Both the position numbers and the translations under genes were made by a program. Shown here piece after piece: positions 10,043 through 19,431 of a stretch of 64,000 bases of DNA. The DNA is from a virus. Lineage: Duplodnaviria > Caudoviricetes. A model generated the notes under the pieces. That model did not search any database, was not told the DNA's origin, and saw nothing but the letters and a program-made list of their open reading frames with translations. How positions within the stretch are numbered: position 1 is the stretch's first letter; every line of letters starts with the position of its first letter. Where the stretch lies: positions 34,021 through 98,020 of the IMG/VR virus record IMGVR_UViG_3300001687_000013. One strand, 5' to 3'.

Positions 10043-10678
10043 TTAATAGTAATAACAAAACCCAAAGTGTCTTGTATAAGAACTTGTAGGAGTTGATTTA
10101 TGATTATATACAATTGTTAAACTGTAGCCTACAGGTAAAAATGAAGCCCCAGAAGTCAACATGGCATATCTTTGGACTTCTGCATTGTAGACAGGCCAAT
10201 CATCAATAATATATCTCCTTATATATATAGGAGAATAAGCTGTCTTACTTTCATTCAGGTTTTCCCATAGAGTTATTTTATTAGTTTCAGTATCTATTAA
10301 CTTAATACCATAATCAAAAGATTCAGTACCTATTTTTAATCTATAATTCTTTACACAATATAAAATTGCTGTAGGATCTATATAAATATCAGGTTGTTCA
10401 GAATTAGCGTCTTGAGTAATAATTCCAATAATTCCATCATTAGGAGGAGTTATAAAAAAATCAACAGTATCACCATACTCCCAATATTGATCACCTTCTG
10501 GTATCATAGCTTCTGCTCCTACTGGGGCAATATTCCAAGGATAACTCTTAGTAAAAATAGTGGGGTTTTCACCTTCTATAACCTCTAAATCCCATCCTTC
10601 ATACATAGCTTTTGGATCAGTGAGATTCAATGTATCTTCAAGTTTTACACTTGATATATAAGTAATACCTGGCTCCAT
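10043..10678 (-). CDS. hypothetical protein, probably virion-associated
   Basis: Coupled ORF, beta-rich. Confidence 0.6.
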   Translation of the reverse strand: MEPGITYISSVKLEDTLNLTDPKAMYEGWDLEVIEGENPTIFTKSYPWNIAPVGAEAMIPEGDQYWEYGDTVDFFITPPNDGIIGIITQDANSEQPDIYIDPTAILYCVKNYRLKIGTESFDYGIKLIDTETNKITLWENLNESKTAYSPIYIRRYIIDDWPVYNAEVQRYAMLTSGASFLPVGYSLTIVYNHKSTPTSSYTRHFGFCYYY

Positions 10679-11067
10679 TATTCACTCCCTACTACTCTTT
10701 CAGTAACCAAAAGTCTTCCACCAGCAATGTTCTCTGTGCTAAATTCTTTTTTTAATTTCTTACGTATAGATCCATCTATATTATAGATGATTTTAGTTTC
10801 TGATAATAATCGATTACCAGACCATTCAAATGAACTTTCTCCGACTTTCTGAGTAAAAGTACCATCAACTTCCCTACGTTTATACCACTCCTGCTTAGTA
10901 GTTTTAGAACCGTCTGTGGTTTCTACTAAGAACAGAGAATTACCGACCATCTGCAAGTATCTAACAATTTCATTAATCTTTCTGACAAGTGCATAAAATC
11001 CACCTTTATCGAAACACACCTCTGAAAGATTTAACTCAAGTATATCTATAAAATCTAATCTTGTCAT
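10678..11067 (-). CDS. hypothetical protein
   Basis: Coupled ORF. Confidence 0.6.
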   Translation of the reverse strand: MTRLDFIDILELNLSEVCFDKGGFYALVRKINEIVRYLQMVGNSLFLVETTDGSKTTKQEWYKRREVDGTFTQKVGESSFEWSGNRLLSETKIIYNIDGSIRKKLKKEFSTENIAGGRLLVTERVVGSE

Positions 11068-11076
11068 GATTCAACC

Positions 11077-12777
11077 TTATTTAGGTATGATTAACCTTAT
11101 ATATTCATTACGCTTATCCAATCTAATTGTACTCATATATGAATTAAGCCCATCAACTTCACTTCTGATTTGTACCTTCACATTACGAGTACCAGGATCG
11201 ACAACTACTGTACCCTCAAATGTATTCCAAGAAGAGTTTGGTTGAGTTATTAATACTTTCTCAATATCATCAATCAGTATTCTTGCATATGTTATATTAT
11301 ATGGACTACTTTTAAGTCGAATTTGATAACTCATTATACATATTTCATAAGTTGATACAGTTGCTTTAGTAAATGAATAATTCTCATTTACTAAGGTAAA
11401 CCATTCATCACTATAAGTTTCATAATTGGATGCTGCTCCGAGAGATACCCAACCATATTTTCTACCAACCGAGTCAGTATTTACCCAATTTAATGTGAAA
11501 GCTGAATTGTCAAAACAATCTACTTGTGCATTAGCTCTTATAAGAGCTAATTCATCCTGTGATTCGTAACTAATAATTAGATCACTATTATTAAAAACTG
11601 AATATGCAACTCTACTATCAGCATCAGGATCACGACCTATCCACATAGAAAATTGTTCAATAGATCCATTGGAGCATGAGGCTACACCTATGCTTTTTTC
11701 AGGCCCATAAGTCCAGGTATTAGTAGCTGACTTGTCAGGTGAATCCATTATTAATGCTACAGTATCATAACCAGTAGAAATTACTTGCTGACCTGAAGCA
11801 TCAGGTTGGGTTAGTATACCTGATGTTGCACTAACTCCTTTTATAGCTAAATAAGATATATAAAGATTAGTATTTCCAGCAGTTCTATGTAAAGTAAATC
11901 CATCACTATCAAGTGAAGTTAAAGTATAAGAAGTATCAGGATAACTTTTATTCTGAGCTAAAGCTAAACAATTCTCAGTAGTATATCCTGTGTACTCATC
12001 TTCATGAGAAGTGGTATGTTGATTCACAGGAGTTACTGCTACACCATAAATATGCCCACCGTAATTATAATCACCAAAACCTTGTGATTGTCCTAATAAC
12101 ATTATCATATCTGGTCTAAATCCTACGTCAGTAATCGATGGACTTGGACTTGTGAGAGTGGCTGATCCTATTTTAATATCTGTAATACTCGTACCTCCTA
12201 ATACCAGATAACCTACCATTCTACCATTTCCAGAAGTTGTCCAGTTAATTGTGAATCCGTCACTATTAAAAGATACTATAGAAGCTTCAGCAATTAAAGA
12301 CCCCACATTATCTATTAACGAGATACAAGCAGTTGTAATTAATTTGTTACGAGTAGCTGGTTCTACACTTTTCCATGCAGTAGCAGCAGCAGCTTGATTT
12401 ACACCATCTGTCCATCCTTTCGAGAAATAGCCATCTACTGAATATCCGGTTGAGGTTTGGTCAACCATCCATAACATTAAAACTTGAGGCTGAAAAGTTA
12501 ATCCATTAATTGATTGATTTCCGGTTCCTGATCGTGCAACGAATGTACCAGTTTTAGATTTTAGCTGATATGTAGATCCTATGTCAAGAAGATTAGTCCA
12601 TTCAGTACCTATCGGAGTTTCTAAATCAGGTGTTGATAGACCTTGACCTAAATTCTTATTTCTCCAAGTCTGATCTGATTCCTGATAAGTTAGGATTTGA
12701 CCATCTTCAGGAGTTGTTATATTAATATCAGGATGAGTTTCGTCTCCTAAATTATGATTCTTCTCATGAGATGCCAT
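11077..12777 (-). CDS. fibre/receptor-binding-like protein with three GF.P..DGFT beta repeats and a C-terminal jelly-roll-like domain
   Basis: DGQILTY...W.N stalk motif; SIxGLTFQP / SDGFTINW repeats. Confidence 0.6.
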   Translation of the reverse strand: MASHEKNHNLGDETHPDINITTPEDGQILTYQESDQTWRNKNLGQGLSTPDLETPIGTEWTNLLDIGSTYQLKSKTGTFVARSGTGNQSINGLTFQPQVLMLWMVDQTSTGYSVDGYFSKGWTDGVNQAAAATAWKSVEPATRNKLITTACISLIDNVGSLIAEASIVSFNSDGFTINWTTSGNGRMVGYLVLGGTSITDIKIGSATLTSPSPSITDVGFRPDMIMLLGQSQGFGDYNYGGHIYGVAVTPVNQHTTSHEDEYTGYTTENCLALAQNKSYPDTSYTLTSLDSDGFTLHRTAGNTNLYISYLAIKGVSATSGILTQPDASGQQVISTGYDTVALIMDSPDKSATNTWTYGPEKSIGVASCSNGSIEQFSMWIGRDPDADSRVAYSVFNNSDLIISYESQDELALIRANAQVDCFDNSAFTLNWVNTDSVGRKYGWVSLGAASNYETYSDEWFTLVNENYSFTKATVSTYEICIMSYQIRLKSSPYNITYARILIDDIEKVLITQPNSSWNTFEGTVVVDPGTRNVKVQIRSEVDGLNSYMSTIRLDKRNEYIRLIIPK

Positions 12778-12789
12778 AATAAATTCCTA

Positions 12790-13713
12790 TTAAGTTACTA
12801 CACCTAATTCTACTGCAAAGTTCTTAAGTCCACCATTTACATTAGACTTAACCATTAGATATAGTTTATCTTTTGTTTGTGCTTTACCATATGCCCAATC
12901 ACCATCAGTTGTCAATGTAGCAAAATCACCAACAACAGGTTTATCACCAGCTAAATTGATATCAGCTTTCTTGTGTTGCATTCTGGTGTGTTCTGCCTGA
13001 GTCATGTGATATCTTTCAGCAGCACTACCACCCTGCAATCCTGCTAAATCATTGTGAGGAATAGCACTACCAGAGCTTACCCAACCAGGTACAGAAGCAT
13101 CATAAATAAACTGTAAATTTTCCTGATAAGCTCCCTCTCCAACTACAGTTGCTTGATCACCATCATTAGGAGATGAAAAAGTCCAGCCTGTCCCTGTTAC
13201 ATATTGAGCAATCTCATTTTCATGACCATTAAAAATACCACCAGCACTTGAGGCAGTTACAATAACTCGTGAACCATTGGGTATAGCACCACCAGAATTA
13301 GCAACAATCACTACCCAGGAGGTACTTACATATTGAATAATATCATTATTATTATAACCTCCACCCCAATTATTTACTACATAAGCATCCCCTTCTGAAG
13401 GGGTTAGAGGAGGAGCACCACTTTGATCTGCATCAGTAATCATACCTTTTAATTTAACAGGTGCCCTATGACCTGCTACTAATCCATCTACATATCCTTT
13501 AGAGGTAGCCTTATCTGACCCACCAGGAGTAGAAGGAACACTAATACCTCCACTGGCATCCCTCTGTACAATACTATTTGCAATAGCAGAAGAACTAAAA
13601 GATTTTTCTACTACTGCATCACCCTGACTACCGATCAAAGTATCATTAGTACCAGGAGAGTGATCATCGGAACTATTTAAACCATGTTGTTTAAGATGTC
13701 CATCAGTTGCCAT
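12790..13713 (-). CDS. virion fibre/decoration protein with DUF2793-like domain
   Basis: SIVQRDASG, ATSKGYVD and HNDLAGLQGG...RYH fibre motifs. Confidence 0.65.
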   Translation of the reverse strand: MATDGHLKQHGLNSSDDHSPGTNDTLIGSQGDAVVEKSFSSSAIANSIVQRDASGGISVPSTPGGSDKATSKGYVDGLVAGHRAPVKLKGMITDADQSGAPPLTPSEGDAYVVNNWGGGYNNNDIIQYVSTSWVVIVANSGGAIPNGSRVIVTASSAGGIFNGHENEIAQYVTGTGWTFSSPNDGDQATVVGEGAYQENLQFIYDASVPGWVSSGSAIPHNDLAGLQGGSAAERYHMTQAEHTRMQHKKADINLAGDKPVVGDFATLTTDGDWAYGKAQTKDKLYLMVKSNVNGGLKNFAVELGVVT

Positions 13714-13725
13714 AAATTACCTTCC

Positions 13726-14511
13726 TTACTTCAACTTACCAAGTTCTACACCTCTTGTATCAGTGCCAGAAACTTGATATATCAATTGTATTCTATCTTT
13801 ACTTGGTTTCACCCATATTGCCATAAACTCATCATCATTCAATGTAGGAACTAATTCTTGAACATAAACTTTAATTCTCAGTTCCCCTAATATAGTTGTA
13901 TGACCCCAAGGATCTACCGATAACTTTCCATTTCTTAAAGCTTCGTCATAATTTCTTTCATGACGTTTAGCGACTGCATCAACAATATCTGATGCTGATG
14001 CTTGATTACCTTCTCCATCATCTATAGATTCAGATTTATCTACGATTCCATCATCATCTGTATCATATACAGACTTCAACATAACGTCTGGTGGAACTGG
14101 TGGAACAGAGACTACCCAGTCTGATCCATTATAGTGATATTTGTTACCTTTAGCAGTAACCCAGGTATCCATTCCAACCTCTGGGGGAGTAACCAACCAA
14201 GTTCCAATTGGATCTTGACCTTTTGGATATTCAACATAATCATACATAATTATATGATTATGGAATTCCCCAGTACCAGTGTAAATATATCGTGATCCAG
14301 GTTCAGGATCAGGAGGTAGAGTATCTATCATATCATTAACAGTCTCCTGTCTGTCTCCACCTATCCCAATTCCAAACACATAATCAACTAATAAATTAGA
14401 ATTTTCATAGTCTATTTGTGCTTGAATCTCAGGAGGAATTGGAGCATTAGGATAAGGTTCATCCCACCTAATGGTTTTTCCCCTTCTACTTATATATGTT
14501 CTTTCACCCAT
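13726..14511 (-). CDS. virion protein with GKTIRW leader and DUF2793-like domain
   Basis: N-terminus paralogous to 2166 and 3298; MLKSVYDTDDDGIVD motif. Confidence 0.65.
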   Translation of the reverse strand: MGERTYISRRGKTIRWDEPYPNAPIPPEIQAQIDYENSNLLVDYVFGIGIGGDRQETVNDMIDTLPPDPEPGSRYIYTGTGEFHNHIIMYDYVEYPKGQDPIGTWLVTPPEVGMDTWVTAKGNKYHYNGSDWVVSVPPVPPDVMLKSVYDTDDDGIVDKSESIDDGEGNQASASDIVDAVAKRHERNYDEALRNGKLSVDPWGHTTILGELRIKVYVQELVPTLNDDEFMAIWVKPSKDRIQLIYQVSGTDTRGVELGKLK

Positions 14512-14562
14512 AATACCCTACCATATAGAATATATCCTATAATTGTTATAGGTTTTATCCTA

Positions 14563-14925
14563 TTATAAATTAGCAGCTTTTCTTATCCTCATAGATTTCT
14601 TTCGTTTGGCTAATATCTGTGACATTTTACCTTTCATCTTCATCATTCTACGTTTAGCCTTAATAGACATTTGACGTAATTTAGAAGAAGGTATTTTTAC
14701 ACAGGAAGCTCCTTTAAGACTATATCCAGGAGGACACTTTTTCTTTTTAATTCTCTTTCCTTTGAGAATTCTTATAACCCATTTTGGAGCAACCTCATCT
14801 ATATTATCCAAATCCACTCCATTATAAGCCTCTTCTACAGAGTTGAAAACTTCGTCTCCTTCCTCTATATCTTCAAAACCTAATTCATTTATTAAATTAA
14901 GTATCTCTTTAACTATTTTACTCAT
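14563..14925 (-). CDS. T4 gp68-like basic prohead core protein with leader (MSKIVKEILNLINE)
   Basis: Acidic N-half and very basic C-half ending RKKSMRIRKAANL; ATG overlaps the upstream TAA. Confidence 0.5.
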   Translation of the reverse strand: MSKIVKEILNLINELGFEDIEEGDEVFNSVEEAYNGVDLDNIDEVAPKWVIRILKGKRIKKKKCPPGYSLKGASCVKIPSSKLRQMSIKAKRRMMKMKGKMSQILAKRKKSMRIRKAANL

Positions 14926-15122
14926 TAATCTTGATCTCTCTTTTTCCATTTAATATATTTTGCAAAATAGGCACAGGCACAAAACCCAACAAACGATCCT
15001 AAATTAATCAAAAATCCCGATGGATTATCACAATGATATACTAATTTCTCTACCAACCCAGCCAGCATTAAAGAGGCAGCAAAACCTTCCACAACAAGAG
15101 CAACATAATAGTGTTTGTTCAT
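14925..15122 (-). CDS. small two-TM membrane protein
   Basis: Two hydrophobic segments and a basic tail. Confidence 0.5.
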   Translation of the reverse strand: MNKHYYVALVVEGFAASLMLAGLVEKLVYHCDNPSGFLINLGSFVGFCACAYFAKYIKWKKRDQD

Positions 15123-15148
15123 CTACTTCCAGCCTTTCCCTTCTATCT

Positions 15149-15403
15149 TTATTCCTTGAATTGTTTCATTTTTATTTCTACCCACTTAGAACTGCCTTTG
15201 AGTAGTCTGAATGCTTTGCCAATGATTTCTCGTGGTACTCTACCAACACTCCCACCATCTTTCTTTTCAGCATCTAAATTAGGAAACTTGCTGTAATATA
15301 AATACTTTTTAGCAAAAACATATTCATCTAATTGGTCTAATATCATAGACCCACATTTTGTTTCAAGTTTTAATGTATATCCTTTACTTTCCATGAATTT
15401 CAC
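15149..15403 (-). CDS. hypothetical protein
   Basis: Overlapping ORF, AGGTGA RBS. Confidence 0.5.
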   Translation of the reverse strand: MKFMESKGYTLKLETKCGSMILDQLDEYVFAKKYLYYSKFPNLDAEKKDGGSVGRVPREIIGKAFRLLKGSSKWVEIKMKQFKE

Positions 15404-15983
15404 CTAATAACTTGTTCAGTTTCTTTAATTTGTTAAGTTTACTACTATTGACTTGATTTGATAATTCACCAGCTATAATATTTTCAATCATAACTTTTAC
15501 TACATTGTGAATTTGATCTTCCTTAAGACTATTCACCTCAGATAAAATTGTAGTTACTTTACTATCAATTGGCTTAATTTCAGCATTATTTATAAGATTT
15601 ATAAGAGAATTAGCTTTTGTTGACTCTATAAGATTTTTTATATTCCAACAATTATTCTCTTTATCCCATACAAATTCACAAGTCTTACCAACATCATCAA
15701 TAACTTCTTCCATTATTTTACGGGAAGTATATACCCCATTATTATCCATTGTAAGGAGTGAGTCATTAAATTTACTACCTGGATGATTAATAAGGAATTG
15801 TTTCCAATTATTCCAGGAAATATATACAAGATCTTTCTCTTCCCGTCTCGTATTTAATGCCTCATCTATCTTTTCTATTATTTTATCACGTTCAGTCTTA
15901 AAACCTTTTTCCCTTAGTAAATCCCCTAAATTTGTACCTATACTATCACATTGAATTGTCATTATAACTCTCCAATTTCTCAA
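15384..15983 (-). CDS. hypothetical protein with an internal leader-like segment (LIESTKANSLINLINNAE)
   Basis: ORF; likely start ~15962 after GGAGA. Confidence 0.55.
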   Translation of the reverse strand: MRNWRVIMTIQCDSIGTNLGDLLREKGFKTERDKIIEKIDEALNTRREEKDLVYISWNNWKQFLINHPGSKFNDSLLTMDNNGVYTSRKIMEEVIDDVGKTCEFVWDKENNCWNIKNLIESTKANSLINLINNAEIKPIDSKVTTILSEVNSLKEDQIHNVVKVMIENIIAGELSNQVNSSKLNKLKKLNKLLGEIHGK

Positions 15984-16329
15984 ACCCCTCAGATTTCATT
16001 AAAGTAACATAATCTGTTCCATCTGACAAGAGAAGAGCAGCATTAAATCTACCATATATATCTGGTTTATTCTTTTTTACAGATTTCATATAGATTTCTT
16101 TACTCTCCAATAACTCTTTTGCCCTATTAGTTGCAGCTTCACCATGAATTTTTTCAGCTTCACATTTTGGTCTCCAAGTTTCAGGAGCATCATAGTTATA
16201 GATCCTAAACCTAATAGGATGCTCTTCATTACCCCAGTATTGACCAAACCCCATATCAACTATTAAATCAACTGTGTCAGCGTCTACAACACGAACTACT
16301 TTTACTTTATAAATATATGGATCAATCAT
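15946..16329 (-). CDS. SNase/thermonuclease family nuclease
   Basis: VRVVDADT, RIYNYDAPE and DIYGR motifs. Confidence 0.85.
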   Translation of the reverse strand: MIDPYIYKVKVVRVVDADTVDLIVDMGFGQYWGNEEHPIRFRIYNYDAPETWRPKCEAEKIHGEAATNRAKELLESKEIYMKSVKKNKPDIYGRFNAALLLSDGTDYVTLMKSEGFEKLESYNDNSM

Positions 16330-16331
16330 AC

Positions 16332-16973
16332 TTATGTCCTCAATAATTTTGGATCTAAAACATACTCATTGAGTAAATGTTCTATTTCCTCATCTACTTT
16401 TACTTGAAATTCAGCTTGAGCAACTATTAAACTATAATTAGTCAATTCTTCATCCAGAGTATATATTAAAATATTTACTGCCCCCAAATGAACAATCCTC
16501 TTTCTAATCATTTTTAACTGGGCCATTCTAAAAGAAGCTTGAGCTTTATCTTTTATAGCCTCAGCAGTTTTAGCTCTTGCTGTTTGTCTAAGAGTTTCTA
16601 TAAAATTTATATGTATAAGAGGAGAAAGGTCTGCTTGTTTAAGCAAAGACTTAAACCAATTTTTTAAAAGTTGCATTGCAACTTCTTTTATTATTTGCTC
16701 AGGATTATTTGTACATCCTGTTTCATCATATCTTTTTCTATGTTCTTCATTACTTAAGATAGTGTAAGCTTCATTAATTTGCTTAAATATCTCTTCAAAT
16801 TCCTTACCTGCTACATCTGGGTGATATTTTTTACACAGATCCCTGTATGCATGTTTTATCTGATCTTGATCAGCATCTTTAGGGACTCCTAAAATTTCAT
16901 AAAATGATCTGTTATTAAATTGTGTCATAAAACCACCATAATTAAAAGAGGAGGATATGGTTATATAGGCCAT
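16332..16973 (-). CDS. J-domain (DnaJ-like, type III) co-chaperone
   Basis: FYEILGV...[15 protein letters not shown]...[12 protein letters not shown]...RKRYD. Confidence 0.9.
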   Translation of the reverse strand: MAYITISSSFNYGGFMTQFNNRSFYEILGVPKDADQDQIKHAYRDLCKKYHPDVAGKEFEEIFKQINEAYTILSNEEHRKRYDETGCTNNPEQIIKEVAMQLLKNWFKSLLKQADLSPLIHINFIETLRQTARAKTAEAIKDKAQASFRMAQLKMIRKRIVHLGAVNILIYTLDEELTNYSLIVAQAEFQVKVDEEIEHLLNEYVLDPKLLRT

Positions 16974-16991
16974 ATCCCCCTCTATATTATC

Positions 16992-17300
16992 TTAGTCTGT
17001 AGCCAGATAATCTACTTGTATAATATCTGTAGATTCAGGAGCAACAGCAAATGTAATCTGTTTTCCAGAGACACTATAATCATCACTGGCCCCCTGCTTC
17101 TGTAACAACCCATTTTGAAACAACTGTATGGTTGTTGTTATAGGAGTGTAGGTTAGATTAAAAGCAGTTGTGCTTCCATCACCAGTAATTCCTTCAGCAA
17201 AAACTTGCCTATAGGCTGTAGCTTTGCCGTCACTATCACCCATCAGAATCCAACCTTCAGCAAGTCGAATCTGACCGTCTCTAATCCTGGTGATTCCCAT
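16992..17300 (-). CDS. small virion protein made of the shared TRI..QI motif plus a beta-sandwich domain
   Basis: GDGSTTAF...NGLLQ...DY...ITF..AP domain, also present in three other ORFs. Confidence 0.65.
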   Translation of the reverse strand: MGITRIRDGQIRLAEGWILMGDSDGKATAYRQVFAEGITGDGSTTAFNLTYTPITTTIQLFQNGLLQKQGASDDYSVSGKQITFAVAPESTDIIQVDYLATD

Positions 17301-17316
17301 CTATATCAACTCCTTA

Positions 17317-19215
17317 TTAATCTGAAGCCAAATAAGAGATAAGAATTACATCATTAGTTTCAGGAGCTACTGAAAATGTAAAAGTCTTAACAGCTAATGT
17401 GTAGTCATTTCCCCCACCTTCATTCTGAAGAATACCATTAAGATATACTTCTTCAGAACCAGAGATTGGAGTATAGTCTACGGTAAAAGCTGTTGTACTA
17501 TTATCAGGTGCTTCATTTGGAGCTTCCCTGACAACCCATCTCTTAACGGCACCAGTGCCAGCATTCAATGTAATAGTAAATGTTTGTCCATCTATTGCTA
17601 CATCAGAACTATCAATTGTACAACCATCAATTGTACCACTATCGATATCTACTTTAGAAATATTTACTTCACCTGTTCCGTCAGGAGTCAAATTAATGTC
17701 CCCATCAGTATCGGTAGAAATAATACTATTTCCATTGATATTAATATTATCAATTTGAGCTTCTGTTACAGCAGAGTTTGTACCCAATGTAACAGCATCA
17801 ATTTCGCCACCACCAATATCTACTGAAGACATTACAACATCACCAGTTCCCTTAGGAGTAATAGTGATAGAAATATTATCATCAGTACCATCGGCTGACA
17901 ATGTTGTACCAACAAGTGTTACACCAGCAGCAGCAACATTGGTGTCAAAAGTAGTTCCAAGAACTGTACCAGCAGTTACTTGATTAAATGTTACATCTGC
18001 ATCAGTTGTTACATCCTGATTGATTGCACCAGAAGTACCTTCAACAGAAAGAGCAGCATTAGCATCTGTACCTATAGATAATTTAAGATCCCTTTGAGTA
18101 CCATTTAGGTTTTCTACTTCAAAGTTAGAATTATCCATAACAATAGCAGTTGCGTTATCTTCAGCAGTAATTGTTACATTAGCACCATCACCAATAGATA
18201 ATGCTTCATTTAGTGTTAGGACACGATCTGCACCACCAAGGGCAACTGTCATATCATCACCTGAAGCATCAGTCAATTTTACAACTTCACTACTTGATAA
18301 AGATGAAATTGCAACTTTACCATAAGTAGCACTGTCAGGAACATCATCTAAGTCAACTTGATTAGCACCTGCTCCCCAGTCTATATGTGTATCATTGATA
18401 CCATCAGTATTAACATAAATGGTAGTATCGTCAGCACCAATACTTGTACTTGTTCCAACATTGATAGTATTACCATCTTTTGTCAAACCTGTACCAGCAT
18501 TAACCTGTCCTGCACCTGTAAACTGTGTCCATGTACCTGTTGGAACTGTTCCATCAAATACATACCCACCATTCTCATAATAACTACCTTCAGCACAAAT
18601 AATAAGTGCTGAACCATCAGTAGCTTCACCTGTATCTGCACCTGTAAGTGTAGTACCATCAAAATCTACAATCTTACCATTATCGGTATTATCTGTATAT
18701 GGTGCAATTAGAGGAGTACCAGTATCAGGTGCCAAAACTGCCCTTGTACCATCTGCAACCTTGTCAGCTACACCTTCTACAATTATAACCCACTCTGAAC
18801 CATCATCTTCAACTACATCACCAATTGTTACATCTACAGTACCACGAGTCAACTGACCTGCTTCTGTACATACATAAGCATCACCAGCAACAGCACCTAA
18901 CCCATTAAGTGTATCTATATCAGCATTTCCTACAAGGTGTAATACACATGCAGGTGATCTCCACTTCAAACCTGTGATAGCTGAATCGACATAATTTTTA
19001 TTTGCAAGTGAGTTAGCTGTACTTGGAACTGCACTTGAGGTAATCTCATAAGTACCACCAAGATCCCAATTTCCTGAAAGTTCCTGAGTACCATCAGCTT
19101 TAAGAACAGTATCAGCAAGTTTTGTTAAGGCAATCCCAGCAGAAGCATTAATTTCTGTATTCGTAATAGTACCAGCAATAATCTGCTTATTACCACGAAT
19201 TTTTGTATTAGCCAT
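17317..19215 (-). CDS. fibre/whisker-like virion protein
   Basis: ANKNYVD, WTQFTGAGQ..AGTGLTKDGN, GDINLTPDGTG repeats, C-terminal shared domain. Confidence 0.7.
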   Translation of the reverse strand: MANTKIRGNKQIIAGTITNTEINASAGIALTKLADTVLKADGTQELSGNWDLGGTYEITSSAVPSTANSLANKNYVDSAITGLKWRSPACVLHLVGNADIDTLNGLGAVAGDAYVCTEAGQLTRGTVDVTIGDVVEDDGSEWVIIVEGVADKVADGTRAVLAPDTGTPLIAPYTDNTDNGKIVDFDGTTLTGADTGEATDGSALIICAEGSYYENGGYVFDGTVPTGTWTQFTGAGQVNAGTGLTKDGNTINVGTSTSIGADDTTIYVNTDGINDTHIDWGAGANQVDLDDVPDSATYGKVAISSLSSSEVVKLTDASGDDMTVALGGADRVLTLNEALSIGDGANVTITAEDNATAIVMDNSNFEVENLNGTQRDLKLSIGTDANAALSVEGTSGAINQDVTTDADVTFNQVTAGTVLGTTFDTNVAAAGVTLVGTTLSADGTDDNISITITPKGTGDVVMSSVDIGGGEIDAVTLGTNSAVTEAQIDNININGNSIISTDTDGDINLTPDGTGEVNISKVDIDSGTIDGCTIDSSDVAIDGQTFTITLNAGTGAVKRWVVREAPNEAPDNSTTAFTVDYTPISGSEEVYLNGILQNEGGGNDYTLAVKTFTFSVAPETNDVILISYLASD

Positions 19216-19225
19216 ATTTTAATTC

Positions 19226-19417
19226 CTATTTTAATCTTTTTAGAGATAGCACTGCTTGATCATGCTTATAGCAATCACTATTAATATAGTCTATCTCCCA
19301 CTCTCTCAACTCTTTCTCCGTCTCTATAATAAAAACTCCACCATGTTTCTCGACCACAGCACATCCCATAATATACATATATGCTGCAAGACCCAGACTC
19401 GTAACCTCTAACCTCAT
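19226..19417 (-). CDS. small hypothetical protein
   Basis: GGGAGA RBS; TSLGLAAYM motif. Confidence 0.55.
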   Translation of the reverse strand: MRLEVTSLGLAAYMYIMGCAVVEKHGGVFIIETEKELREWEIDYINSDCYKHDQAVLSLKRLK

Positions 19418-19431
19418 CTAAATCTCCCACC

